NCBI RefSeq assembly: GCF_964355755.1
Contig: NC_092678.1
Location: 17,749,365-17,813,364, forward strand
Reading direction: 5' to 3'
DNA length: 64,000 nucleotides
From: Antedon mediterranea
Taxonomy: Eukaryota > Animalia > Echinodermata
Positions 28,721 to 42,512 of this stretch are shown here, one piece after another. The position numbers were made by a program, and so were the translations under genes. How positions within the stretch are numbered: the first letter of the stretch is position 1; every line of letters begins with the position of its first letter. Under the pieces are notes generated by a model. The model was not told where the DNA came from. It saw only the letters and a list, made by a program, of their open reading frames with translations, and made no database searches.

Positions 28721-29007
28721 TATGGAATATGGGCCAATAGGTCCAACACAATTTTATTTAACTACAACATCCTTGCTACAAACAATCTCGTTGTACATGT
28801 TAATCATAGAATAATGGTTTAAACTTTTATTCGTGGTTCTTCTTCTGTTCTTCGCAATCAAGAACATGTGACGTATTTCAATTAAAACATAATGGTGACG
28901 ACTTACGATCGACATTTTTCCGACGAACTGTCACACTTCGTAGTCTTGAATAGTTAAACGTCATAATGTGTGAAAACACATCGGTACCGGCTTTGACAAA
29001 ATCTTCA

Positions 29008-29135
29008 AGCTATGTCTACACTTTCAAACTTTGTATGAAGAAAATGTGATGTGCCCATATTGATGTCATATCAGTAGCATAATTGGACACATCACATTTT
29101 GGTTGTCAAACTAGTTTGATAGTGTAGACAGAGCT
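29008..29135. mobile_element. Small MITE
   Basis: TIR agctatgtctacact / agtgtagacagagct, with internal inverted aaaatgtgatgtg / cacatcacatttt. Confidence 0.65.
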
Positions 29136-32100
29136 ATATAAATAGATAATAACAAGTGACGGTGTATCAAGAAAATAAACGTATACAAGGAGAAAAAAAA
29201 ATCCAAAAATGTTAGTAACCTTAAGCATACTATTCTCTCTCCTCCGAAGAAATGTATACTCAATAGTTATTTTGAATATTCTACATGTTACCTTACATAA
29301 TAAACTGTACGCTCTTTCTCCTGAACTGATATCTACCAAATACATCTAAACATTTTACTGTGAACTTTCACAAATTTGTGCTTATAACCATCTGGTTCTG
29401 TTTTATCAAAGATATGCTGCGAACATTCTAACAAATCTCGCCCTTTCTCCAAGTATTATTCAATGTTAATTTTACTTTTACACAAAATCGATTATACGAT
29501 TGTTTATTATTTAAAAAGGCAACCAGTGAACGTTACTGGTGAGAGAACCACTAACACCGTGGCGTGTCTCGACATCCAGTCCATGGTGTTTAAAGTTAGA
29601 ATACACTGCTCCAGGAAGACGCTACCTTAATCCACGTTTTCTGACGTTTTCATGAGATGAAGATATATAATATTTGTTCCTCGTGCAAAATAACCTTATT
29701 ACAACACTATAACACTAAAGCATAAAGTTACACTTAACTGTGCTTTAAAATAAACATAATTAAAAGCATTACACAGTATAGGCCTAATAGTTTTTTTTTT
29801 AAATCTGACAAATATAAACATGAAGAAATAAAAAACAATGTCGTTAATATACATCAGACTTAAGAATAATGACATCAATTTTCGATAATCATAAGGACGA
29901 GTTCTCGAATAATTCTCTCATTTGTGCCCATGGAATTGATATTTCCTAAGTTCACCTAACTACGGAGGAATAACGCATTTATATTATGACTACGTTAATC
30001 ATAATGTTTAATGATGCTGTGTTATCGAATTTTCTATGTTACTGGAGAAATCGGGATACAGTACCGATAATCAGGTGTGTTAGACCAGAATACGTTACTC
30101 CGGCTTAAAATGGAGGCCTTTCCTTTAACCACGTTCTGAAATGTGTCTGTAAGATTATGTTAGGCAAAAACAACACCTTGTATACCATAGCAGCCTGGTG
30201 TAGAGACCTATGTATTGCCTTCGCTAAATCCTTTCTTAAACTTGTTCCCACTTATACCTTCTAGAGGAATGTTATCCATAGATATAACCCTAATATACTG
30301 CTGATTGGATTCGTCATTTTATAATTGTAACACAATGTGTCATAAGAACTGTTTGTTATACCATGGTAGTATGTGGTGCCATTAATTAAAGAATTATATG
30401 ATTTGTAAATATTTTACACAAAGTGCAACACAGTGTGACGTGACGTATTGTCTGCTACAATATCTAATGATTACACATTTTTAATGATTATGTAGTTTCT
30501 CATTTAATAAAACATACCACTTATAATAACAAATTACCGTATTAAACGTACAAATCAAAGTATAAAAACAATAAGTATATACATTACCAACGGAAATTAC
30601 GATAAAAAAGTATCTATTTTATTAATTTCGAAATACAAAGAAAAAATAACAACAAATAACAACAAAATATCTATATTGTGCCAACAGAGGCCAAAAAGGC
30701 TTATGTCCAATTAGGCGTGTCACTCTGACAGTGAAACAATTACAAGGTATAATTGATATAATACTAATTTAATGTTGCTTTATCTCGTATTATCATTTCA
30801 TGTTTTAGCTGTTTTTCATAAACTGTCTTTGCATGATTATAACAATGTTTTATCTAGATTGACTGTAATCATGTTGTACTTTCCATATCATATGATTTCT
30901 AGATGTAGATCAATATCTACGATACAATCTACGCCGATGGTGTTACAGTAACTGAATTAAAGAGACAAAACAATGCCAAAATAGAAAAACTCAAAAAGAG
31001 CAAAAAGAAAGATATTACATTTGAACGTATTACACATGAAACAAAATTCCTAAAACAAAATAATTGTTTTTATGAGGCATAGAGTTAAACTGACGTTTTC
31101 ATGAGAGAAAGATATATACTATTTGTTCCACGTGCACAATAAGCTTATAAAACTATTGCAGATTATACGTGAATCGGACCGGTGACGAGTCGGTGACAAA
31201 CCGAACGGATCATCCAGGAGTTCTGAAACGTCTGGCCAAGTGCGCTCTCTTTGCGCTGTATTATACGGAGGCGTGTCTATTTTTGTTTTCGTATCTAATT
31301 TTGGCTTTAAAAACATGTCAGCCCAAAGCAATCGCTACCCCTGGATCCGACCCGTCGGAATATTGTTGATATCAAATGATGGAGGTTCAGACGTTCTGTG
31401 GTACATTTAAATTGTATTATTTGTATGTTCCCTCTTTAAACTTCATCTTAATTTCAATATAATAATATCAATAAAGTAATATTGTTTACTTAGAAGTGTG
31501 CCAGTTATTCAGCACTGAAGAAAACAAAATCAGAAAAATGTAAACACATGTTACCAGGTTTTTTTAAAACATTAATAAAGCTAAGTGTGTTAATTAATGA
31601 GATGTAAAGCACATTTTAGCATGAGGAAGTGAAAATATGGAGGGAAAGAAAACATAAAGTGTAGAAACAGATATCACCTCACAAGCAATCTATTGCTGAC
31701 CCAGTGTGAAGCCAGAAATCAAGAGTTGTTCCTGCTCCCCAATTATTGTGGTCCCTTTATTTATAAAACTTGAAAAGCAGAAAAAAGAGGAGGAGGTGTA
31801 TGTTTGTTTGTTGGCAGACTATAACGCTTGTTCAGATTTTAAGTTAAGTTTATCTTACGGACAGATAACGCTAATAATGTACGTACCACAACATTAGGTA
31901 ACCGATGCGCCCCCATTATGACACGTGTGAATAAAGAACAAGTGCTATTCCACTGTACGGAAAGATAGCTACCCGATGCCTCTCATAATAATATTATTTT
32001 TCATTCAATAACATATACTAATAATGATAATAATAATTTACTTTAAAACAAACGAAAGGTTGTAGTCAAGAGGCAGAAAACTGCAGGTGTTGTTTATTGC

Positions 32101-32910
32101 CTTTAGACATAAACAGGTACCACCGTACGAGAATCGGGTGTCCAACGGACGAGTACCATGTGTGTATATCGGGAACAAAGCTATTATAAAGTTTACAGAT
32201 TTTACAGACTATGTCTACGACACATAATCTGTTGTATGACAAGAATTAATGAATATGAGTCCGATAATTGTACAGAGCATCAAACAACTACATGTGGATT
32301 ATTAAACATTTTGACAAACATGGCGTTTCATACGTATGGTACGTGTACACACTGTATAGTAAACATCGAAAGGCGACAACAGAAAAAAGACAATAACAGA
32401 GACTTGGGACAAGTCTATACAGTATTAACTTACAGTTTTGAAAGTGATGAAGCAAAAGCAGAAAATGCACCTTGATCTATGGTAGTTATAGCGTTATCAT
32501 ATAAATACCTGCAAAAATTGAAAAAAAAAGACACACATGATTTAAAACAATATTAATAATAATACTGTACAACAATACAATAAATAGATAACCACTACAT
32601 TTGTCTGCTATATTTTACAGTACAGTTATTTGCATTCAGCATTTCAGTGGGCATTTTAGACTTCGTTTGGCACTCGAAACAATGTCAAATGAAAGGCAAG
32701 CTAATTTTTGCCACGAGGAGGTGCAAATCTGAGGGAGCGGAAATATAAAGTGTACAATTCCAAACAGATATCACCTCAACTTTATTTTTAAAACTTGAAA
32801 ATCAGAAAAAAAGGGGAGAAGGTAGGGTATTATTTGTGGTTGTTGCCAGATGCCTAAACTCTAGAAAATGATAAATTAAGTTTATCTTACGGACGGATAA
32901 CGCTAATAAT

Positions 32911-33126
32911 AACAATTATTAATTCATAGTTATGCTTTATAGCTTTTTGATGTTTTTTTTCGTGCACTTAGAAGAACTTATTTAAAGTGCATTTTAAGTA
33001 TTGTTTTTCTTCTAGATTATTTCAGTCATCATAGTTAATGTTTGTTTTATTTGGAGGTTCAGACTTAAACACAAAGTACAAGTGTATATAGTGCACTATG
33101 CTGTGTGAAATAAAACTGAAACTGAA
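32911..33126 (+). mobile_element. Retroelement 3'-tail remnant
   Basis: Interrupts host cgctaataat|gtacgtacc and ends aataaaactgaaactgaa. Confidence 0.45.
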
Positions 33127-33324
33127 TGTACGTACCACCACATTAGGTAACCGATGCGCCCTCATTATGACGTTTTTTATAAAAGAAAGATACAAACCAT
33201 GTGTTGCGCGTGCGCGCGAATAAAGAACAAGTGCAGCTATTCCACCGTACGGAGGGAAAGATAACCAATGCCTCTCATAATAACATTATTTTTCATTTAA
33301 TAATATTTACTAATAATGATAATA

Positions 33325-34123
33325 ACAACTCGATTTTAACTCGTCACTATGAACGAGTTAGGTTATCCGCAGCGCAAACGCCACGTGCACGTCATACTTT
33401 AGAATATTGCGCACAGAAAAACGATTATGGCATTGAAAAAATGTTGTGTGCTCTCTATTTTGTATCACGTCTAAGTATATAGAGTATACACTATATCTGT
33501 ATACGTACTACAGTGCAGAATAGGTGAAAATACCGGCACCCGCTTTGTCATCCAATTTTTACCATGATGATGTCATCAAAATGAAACACGTAGATAGCAA
33601 TTTTGGAAGGTAATTATCTGAGCAACAACATATCAACGTGTTGAATAAATTTGGATACGTAGAGTACGGAAGCGCGCTCTTTTAAATGTCATGAACTATG
33701 ACGCAAAATATGAAATTACAACTGTTATAATTGAACCGGCCATATGATGACGTCACAACATCCGATTCACATAATTTGTACATAAATTCCTTATTCTGAG
33801 GAGCTATAATAAATTTAAATTTATTGGAATGATGAAAAAAGGTGACCAAAGTTATTCACGCTTTTGAACATGATGCATTCATCACAATTTTACAAATGGT
33901 AAATCATGCGAAAGATAATTGATTGACCTAGACAATATAAAAATATAGGAGAAAATGGAATATGGATAAGTGGAGATGCGCTCTATTAAATGTGATGAGC
34001 TATGACAAAAGAGACAAAAATCCTATACTCTAGTTAGCCATATTGATACATGATCCGATATCAACAACTTATCTACTTCCAGAATATGTAAAAAAAAACT
34101 TCACCATGTAGTTTAGAAACTAT
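33325..34123 (-). mobile_element. HINE family-1 copy, paralog of the 6664 insertion
   Basis: Same insertion point in the host unit and same sequence as 6664-7557. Confidence 0.65.
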
Positions 34124-34690
34124 TAGTCCGGTGGCAGGAGGTGGGAATCACCGCCCGAAAGGGGACAAACTTTTATAGACCAGAATTTTCCGTAGATTAC
34201 GAATATGGTAATCCATCAGGATAGGAAGCGTTTTCGAAATATAAGGGGTCAAAGTTCAAAATTGACCAATTACAACAATATATTATGTATATGTATTACA
34301 ACAAATTTATTGAAGCACAATTTTGTCTTTTATTACATGTTTATGATTATAAGTCTCTATTCAATCACCTTATGAAAAACAAAATCCCTTTGTGATTAAG
34401 GGTCAAATGTCAATATTGACCAATCATACGTACGTACCTATAAAACCCAAATAAAAACTAATATTTAATAAAAATTGGATGTTTTCTCATCCTGTTAATC
34501 ATACGCAATGTAAAAGAGTGAATACATCATTTCATCAGTTGACATAAGGTCAATTTCATCAGTTGACATAAGGTCAAAGGTCAACATTTTAATACGCGTA
34601 TTAGTTAACAAATAAATGCAAAGTTGTCCAAACTATGATATTGATGGTTTTACAAGTATCCTAATCAAATTATTTGATCAGTAAAGATAT
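34124..34690. mobile_element. Single terminus of an Academ-like transposon
   Basis: Starts TAGTCCGG and shares gattacgaatatgg and aaggtcaaaggtcaa motifs with the 8304 element. No second end visible. Confidence 0.45.
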
Positions 34691-34692
34691 GT

Positions 34693-34736
34693 TATTCCCT
34701 CCGCCAAGGAGGTTATGTTTTCACCCCTGTATGTTT

Positions 34737-34768
<32 letters not shown>
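34693..34768 (+). repeat. HINE-type 5' end with (TG)n microsatellite, truncated by a rearrangement junction
   Basis: ttattccctccgccaaggaggttatg hairpin followed by a TG run that joins directly to LINE sequence. Confidence 0.55.
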
Positions 34769-35429
34769 GCTCATGTACGTAAGTTACAAGGTTGACCTAG
34801 TGTTAAGCTAAACCACACTGACCTTGAATTTGTTGACTCTATAACATACTTGGGTCATGTGATTTGTAACTCTCTGAATGATGATAATGATAATATTAAG
34901 AAACAGTATCGAGCTCTGTGTATCAAAGCTAATGCATTATTCAGGACATTCTACAAATGTTCCGTTGAAGTTAAATGTCAGTTATTTAAAATGTTTTGCG
35001 TTAATGTAGGCCAATACTGTATGACTCTATGGAGTAAATTCCGTGAAGGTACTGTAAACTAATTTAGAGTTTTCTTTAATAACGGGTTGCGTAAGCTACT
35101 GAAAATTCTTAGTTATATCATGATGTTTTTTAACGAATAACGTTCCCTCATTCTATAATTTGATGGAACGCTATACATTATAGTTTTAAGAGCATAATTC
35201 ATGACAGTTGCAATAGCCTGATTCAAACCATAGTTAACGTCCTAGCACAATCCAACCTACTGTACAGTACATCAGCGTTGGTACAAATTGGTATTTTTTA
35301 GGATATTGTAAGTTGATTTGTGGAAGTTGCTTATTTAATTTCCTGGTTAAATTGTTTCTATTTTTGTTTTTTGTATGAATTGTAATGGATGTACTATCCG
35401 AAATAAAGAAAATGAATGAATGAATGAAT
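34769..35429 (+). mobile_element. 3' fragment of a degenerate RTEX-like LINE with (TGAA)n tail
   Basis: YLGHVI...FYKCSVEVKCQLF C-terminal RT-associated motif and aataaagaaaatgaatgaatgaat tail. Confidence 0.7.
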
Positions 35430-35594
35430 AGTGTACCGTCATTTTAAAAGTGATATTATTGGCTTAATACAACGTCATGGTATTTAGAAACAGTTAAACC
35501 AACCCTTAAATGCATAATTTCACAATTAACCAGATTTACTTACAATTGTAAAGCTTGTTGTTACAAGTAAGGAAAAATGAGAATAAACACTTAC

Positions 35595-35666
35595 AGTGTA
35601 ACCAATGACGTCAAACCAACAAATTCATTTCCAGATAATGTAGTAATGTCGTTATAGCTTAAATCC
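35595..35666 (-). CDS. 72-nt LRR exon (family B): DLSYNDITTLSGNEFVGLTSLVT(L)
   Basis: ttttattttgaag|G GAT TTA AGC TAT AAC...GTT ACA CT|gtaagt. Not in the ORF track. Confidence 0.86.
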
Positions 35667-35879
35667 CTTCAAAATAAAAACATGAATACTTGGTAAAATA
35701 ACAGTTCACGAGTTGAGGTTTCCTTCTTCGGGGAAAAATTGTTACAGTTTGGTGTGTATTTCAGCGGACAAAATTGTGACCGTAAAATAATTTATCTGCA
35801 TTGTACTGTTAGTGTGTATTACGTGTCAGTGAAAATTAAAGATGGTCGACAATGGTGCAAACATTAAAATATTAAAATT

Positions 35880-36212
35880 AAAATACAAAGTTTATCAATT
35901 GAGTACGTAGAACTAAAGATCCGAAGCCTAGTTGGTTGGAACTTGTTCCGCCAGAGATGGTTCCTGATCAAGTTAAAACTATCAAACACGTCACAGGAAG
36001 CGTGGACAAATGTGGAAAACGCGTCAAACGTCGAAGGAAAAAATTCAAACCTCCATCCATCTGTTATTTTTGGTAATGCGCACTCACTCAAAACAAGTGA
36101 AATGGCTGCAAATGTATTCGAATACAGGGACAGTTGCCTTATGGCGATCACTGAAACTTGGCTAATTTAATCTTTTCGGATCATGGATCAAAAACTTGTT
36201 CTTGTTATCTGG
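35880..36212 (+). mobile_element. Truncated Rex1/Babar-like endonuclease fragment (copy at 47711-48043)
   Basis: PSVIFGNAHSLK...RDSCLMAITETWL, homologous to the units at 59-63 kb. Confidence 0.65.
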
Positions 36213-37326
36213 AAATATTAACATTAAACAGTACCAACGGAAATTACGATAATAAAGTATCTATTTTATTAATTTCGAAATACAAAGAAAAAATAACAAC
36301 AAAATATCTATATTGTGCCAACAGAGGCCAAAAAGACTTATGTCCAATTAGGCGTGTCACTCTGACAGTGAAACAATTACAAGGTATAATTGATATAATA
36401 CTAATTTAATGTTACTTTATCTCGTATTATCATTATTTGCATGTTTTAGCTGTTTTTCATTAACTGTATTTGCATCATTATAACAATGTTTTATCTAGAT
36501 TGACTGTAATCATGTTGTACTTTCCATATCATATGATTTCTAGATGTAGATCAATATCTACGATACAATACAACCGTTAAATGACGATGATCCATGTATT
36601 CTGCTATATTTTTATTTTTCATTATGGCCGCCGATGGTGCTACAGTAACTGAATTAAAGAGTCTTGTTCGCAAACAATACCAAAATAGAAAAACTCAAAA
36701 AGAGTATAAGAAAGATTACGTTTGGACGTATCACACATGAAACAGACAAGTATTCCGTAGAAGTATTAATTCCTAAAATAAAATAATTGTTTTTATGAGG
36801 CATAGAGTTAAACTGACGTTTTCATGAGAAGAAAATATATAATATTTGTTCTACGTGCACAATAAGCTTATTACAACACTATTGCAGATTATACGTACGG
36901 TGAATCGATGACGAGTCGGAGACGAACCGAACGGATCATCCAGGATTTCTGAAAAATCTGGCCAAGTGCGCCCACTTTGCGCAGCATTGTACGAAGGCGT
37001 GTGTATATTTGTTTTCGTATCTAATTTTGGCTTTCAAAAATTGTAGCGCAAAGCAATCGCTACTCCTGGATCCGCCCGCCGGAATATTTTGACATAAAAT
37101 GATAGAGGTTCAGACGTTCTGTGGTACATTTAAATTGTATTATTTGTATGTTCCCTTTAAACTTCATCTTAATTTCAAATATAATAATATCAATAAAGTA
37201 ATACTGTTTACTTAGAAGTGTGTCAGTTATCCAGCACTGAAGAAAACAAACTCAGAAAAAATTTAAACACATGTGACCACGTTATTTGAACATTTTAAAG
37301 CTAAGTGAGTTAATTAATGAGATGTA

Positions 37327-40300
37327 AATAATAATAATAATAAATGAAAACTTAAAAAGCGCCGGTATCCTCCACCCATGTGGCGCTCATGGCACTTTGT
37401 GCATTAACAACGTGCGAGAACATCAGCGAATAGCGACGTCTTTAGGTTGGTCTTGAAACTGTTTAGACTAGTTGAGCATTTAACTGTTGCTGGTAAGCTG
37501 TTCCATACACTTGCGGCCGCAACGTAAAAAGATCTCTGACCCCACTGAATTTTCGCTCTACGCTCTTGAAGAAGGTTTTGTGACAATGATCGTAGGCATC
37601 TGCGGGATGATTCGTAACGATCCACAAGGTCAGATAAATAAGCAGGAGCACTGTCATTTAGGATCTTGAATACAAACAACGCAAGTTTGTACTTAATACG
37701 TTGTTGAACAGGCAACCAATGCAAATCCATCAGGACAGGAGTTATGTGAGCGTTTGATTTTGTATAAGTTACAATTCTAGCTGCCATATTTTGCAAGCGC
37801 TGCAAACGTTGTATTTGAGATTTTGGTATGCCAAACAACAAGGCATTACCAATGTCAATTTTAGAAGTGACAAATGAGTGTACAATCAATTCAGCTGTTT
37901 TCTTGTTAAGATTACCGCGAATACGACCAAGGTTCCTAATCGATATGCATGCTGCTTTGGATACAGTTGTTATTTGTGCTTCCATAGTGAGATTACTATC
38001 CAGCATGATTCCCAGATTCCAGACCACCGATGAGGGAGCGATGTTAGAGTGTCCGATTCTGATATGTGTGATGTTGATTTTGGAGATGTTACATTTAGAC
38101 CCGACGATAATAAACTCTGTCTTTCCATCATTCAACTTTAGGTAATTTGATGTCATCCAATTGCGAACATCTTCTATAAACAGGCTTCCATCTTACTGAT
38201 TGCTGCAGCAACATCCCTTTGCACTGGATTTACTGACACATAAATCTGTGTATCATCTGCATAGAAATGGAAATGTAGACTGTGTTTGCGAATAATGTCA
38301 CCAAGGGGAAGCGTATAAATGGAAAACTGGCCAGGCCCAATTACTGACCCCTGTGGTACACCATATTCCAGGCAAGCTTCATCTGAGAATGCATCATTGA
38401 TACAGACTAGCTGACGTCTTCCTGTAAGATATGACTGGAACCAGTTAAGAGCAACACCATTTATGCCAATGCGATTTCTCAGACGGGTTATCAGTCTTTG
38501 GTGATCAACTGTATCAAACGCTGCTGACAAATCCAACAACACCAATAGCGTTATTTTCCCATCATTCATTCCTTGTAACAAATCATTCTGTACCTTTAAA
38601 AGGGAACTCTCCGTGCTATGACATGCACGGTATGCCGACTGGTAATTCTCATTTAAATTATGCTTTTGAAGATATGGAGTAATGCGTGATGTCACTACAC
38701 GCTCCAGAGTCTTTCCAAGAAAAGAAAGATTCGACACCGGGCGGTAATTTCTCAGCGTGTTATGATCCAAGTTTTGCTTTTTTATTAAAGGACGAACGTG
38801 AGCAATTTTCAGTTCATCTGGCACTATGCCGGTATTAAGAGAATGGTTAATGATTTCCGTTATTATTGGAACGACTGCGTCTATACACTTCTTCAGTATA
38901 GAAGTAGGAACTGGATCTAACCTGCATGATTTTGTTGGTGATTTCATCAGAATGTTGCGGATCTCATCTTGAGATGCTGGTGTAAATGTTGTGAGATGCT
39001 GATGAACAGCTGTCACAGGCTCATTAAATGACATGTCATCAATCTTGAAGTCGTCTCTGATGATCTTGATCTTGTCTGTGAAAAACTGACAGAACCTGTT
39101 CGCAAGATCTAAGTCAGAAAGACTATCTGAGAGAGGTGATACCTGGCGATGATGAAGGAGTTGGTTAACAATTTTAAAAAGTCCTTTCTGATCTGCTGCA
39201 TGTTCTTCACACAAGCCAATGTAGTAGTTGGCCTTTGCCTTTCTTACCATGGAATTTACATTCCTCTTCTGTGCAATGTAAGCTTGACGATCTATTTCCA
39301 GATGAGAGATTCTCCATTTCTTTTCAAGCTTACGCTTTGTTCTTTTCTCAGCATAGATGTTACTGTTATACCAACTAGTGTTTGGTCGGATCTTTACTGT
39401 TCTCTTTTTCGGTGGTGCGTGTTTGTCAAGAAGTTCACTCAAAGTGGTGACATATAGTCGTACTTTACTTGATAAATCAAGATTTGAGAGCGAAGTTCCG
39501 AGATCAGACTGTGTGATATCTTTACATAATGTCTCAAAATTTATAGCATTCCAATGACGAGTTTCGATGGATTTAGTGATTACGGGTGGCTTCTTGATAA
39601 GGAGATTACATGTGATTGCATAGTGATCTGATATACCATCAATGACATTAAGGTTTGAGAAAACAGGAGGATCAGATGAACGAGTGATCAGCAAGTCTAA
39701 TGTATGACCATGTCGGTGTGTAGGTGTAGACACATGCTGTTGAAGACTGCTTGCTACAAGTAGATTCCGAAAATGAATTGCATCTGCATCATTTGGCATA
39801 TCCACATGGATGTTAAAGTCTCCAACGAATAGTATGGGAGCCGGCTTCAATACATAGTGATCGACCAAAGTTGAGAATTCTTCAGTGAAAACATTTAGAC
39901 TGCAACCCGTTGATTTGCTTTGAGAACGATATACTGCTACGAGGAAAACTGAGGATGCATTGCTGACTATTTCCACATTTAGCAGTTCAAATGATTTTGG
40001 TAATAATCCCGTGTCATAACATTTAACCGCTATGCTTTCCTTGTAAAGAAGTGCAACTCCACCACCTCTTTTAGTACCAGCACGGGGAGCATGTTTGAGA
40101 GAGTATCCGTTGGGTGTAATATTTCCTATAACTGATGTGTCTTCTGGTTTAAGCCACGTTTCCGAAAGGGCAACAACATCCAGATTATGTTCGATAACGA
40201 AATCCACAAATTCTGTTGTTTTGTTCCGAACGGATCTTCTATTAATACTGCAAAATTTAATATTGTTTTTAGATAAGAGAGAGTTTGATGATAAGTCCGG

Positions 40301-41140
40301 AAATGATAGATTGTTTTTAGTGTGTTTGTCACGCCCAGCTCTTGTACCACGCCTGGTTTTTCTTTTTGGCCTCCTTGGTAATAGGTGACTACTACAGCTA
40401 CTGGAGTTCAACTTAAAAGATTGTATAATTAAGCAAGATTCTTCAGGAAGTTCACAACTGTTATTGTTGTTGGTTACACAGCCCTGTAAACCATGAAGAA
40501 ACTCAGAGCTATAGCTAATTAGCATGACAACAGCAGATCTTCAAGCATGAGGTGTACAAGGTCATTTACATAACAATATGCACAGTCAGATTGAAAGTAC
40601 AGGGCTAGCTTCCCACTGATGCTAGTAGACCATTGTTCTTGAGCAGTGATGAGTTTGAATTAAAACAATAAAGGCACAAGCAGGGCCTAGCTGAACTTCA
40701 GGAAACAACAAGAAAAACAACTGCGATTTACTCCAAGATACGATTATTTCCACATAAGAAATTTGTGAATATATGGTGCTCAATTTGCTATTCCAGCATC
40801 CAGTAAAACTTATTTGATGAAAAAAACCATCTGCAAACAGATACGAAGTTGTTATGCACAGAGCAATATAGAGCCGCCACATGGGCGCTGCAACCTCCTC
40901 TAGTAAAGCACATTGAAGGCCAGTAACGTCGCTAATAGTTCCACTGGAAATACGCCTTTTCACGATATGGAAGACATCTTCTTCGATGGATGACAAAATA
41001 ATAATATGAGCAAAGCGTAGCCAATGGTTCTGTCCACAACAGATTGTGGACAAGCCCATAATAACGACCATATTAATGTCAAAGGCAAAGTTACTAAAAC
41101 ATTCATAACTGATTAACGGCGGACAGTCAAAATGAAATTC
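37327..41140 (-). mobile_element. L2-clade LINE, near full ORF2, (TTA)n tail
   Basis: APE motifs (LSETW, GDFN, SDH), RT motifs (LDLSAAFDTVDH, GVPQGS, YADD) and the L2-typical C-terminus (HITPVLMDLHWLPV). Confidence 0.92.
37404..40525 (-). pseudogene. L2 endonuclease-reverse transcriptase ORF with one frameshift at ~38175
   Basis: 783-aa and 250-aa ORFs. Removing a 2-nt TA restores CLEDVRNWMTSNYLKLN. Confidence 0.88.
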
Positions 41141-42440
41141 CAAAAATGTTAGTCACCTTAAGCATACTATTTTGTCCCCTCCGAAGAAATGTATATTCAG
41201 TGGTTAGTTTGATTATTCTACATGTTGACTTACATAATAAAACCATCGAAACATGTTAATCTAAACTTTCACAAATGTGTGCTTATAATCATCTCGTTCG
41301 GTTTTATCAAAGAAATACTGTCAACATTCTAACAAATCTCGCCCTTTCTCCAAGTATTATTCAATGTTAATTTAATTTAACAAAAAAAATTGATTAAACA
41401 TGTAGATTATTTATTATTTAAAAAGGCAACCAGTGAACGTTACTGGTGAGAGAACCACTAAAACCGTGGCGTGTCTCGACATCCAGTCCATGGTGTTTAA
41501 AGTTAGAATACACTGCTCCAGGAAGACGCTACCTTAATCCACGTTAGGGCAAATGAGCACTGTCTGTAAGACTCTGTTATGCAGAAATGTATATCAAATG
41601 AAAACGAAAAGGAAAGTCTGGAGTTGTGACTAACCATCTATTTCAGCCAAACAAAAAATGGAACATACTCTATCGACAAAATAGGGACCAAATCAGAACC
41701 CATCAAGATCATATGTATAACTCGACTGCTGATAAATGACGAACGTAAGCTATTTACACGCTACCACTGTAAGGAGCTCGAAAGCAGAGATGAATAGATG
41801 AATGGATGATAAAATTAATAACTTGCACTACTATATCCTAATTGATAATGAAATAAACATGAACTATATTAATGACATTACAATTGTTAACTGAACTGAA
41901 GTACATGATGAACAACCACTATTTAGTTTTATAATGAACTTCTGTAATATGAACAAATTGAAACTACTTAATTTGTATTTTTACATTACTTTATTGTCAA
42001 AAACCAACGTAATAAAATATTAGAATATAGGCCTACAGCACCGGATATTTATGATAACGTGATCTAATGATTATTTGAATAGACACCACACCTAGGAAAT
42101 TGAATACAACAATTCTGTAGTCAAAATTAAACTGGTTTCTTGTGATAGCGTCAACAAGCATTATTGACATGAGTAGTGTACTCCATATTATTGGTATGAT
42201 GTACTGTAAGTCCCTCCGGATATATTTAAAGTTACTGGACTTATTATTAATAGTTTTTCGTTAGTAAATTGACACTTTATACTGCCTTAGTAGGTTCCGA
42301 TGAACCTTAGAATCAGGAAAAACTTCAAATATCATATCTTATATTATGTCTAATTTCATAATTAACATGATTGCCTTGCAATGTAAATCAGCATTCTTTA
42401 CATTTTTTGGATGCATACAATTATAAGAAGAAATACTTAC

Positions 42441-42512
42441 AGTATTTGCAAAGATGTTAAACCACCAAATACATTTGCAGGCAATGATTGTAAGTGGTTT
42501 TCGTTTAAATAT
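42441..42512 (-). CDS. 72-nt LRR exon (family C): YLNENHLQSLPANVFGGLTSLQI(L)
   Basis: gttgttgaag|A TAT TTA AAC GAA AAC CAC TTA CAA TCA TTG CCT...CAA ATA CT|gtaagt. Different frame from the listed ORF 42339..42596. Confidence 0.88.

Noticed and set aside
28907-29007. Open minus-strand stretch ending in gtaagt
   Set aside because: No convincing acceptor (it abuts a MITE) and no recognisable protein motif.
40622-41143. 173-aa ORF upstream of the L2 ORF2 (copy at 52453-52974)
   Set aside because: No recognisable ORF1 domain and a non-ATG start; probably a chance ORF in the L2 5' region.
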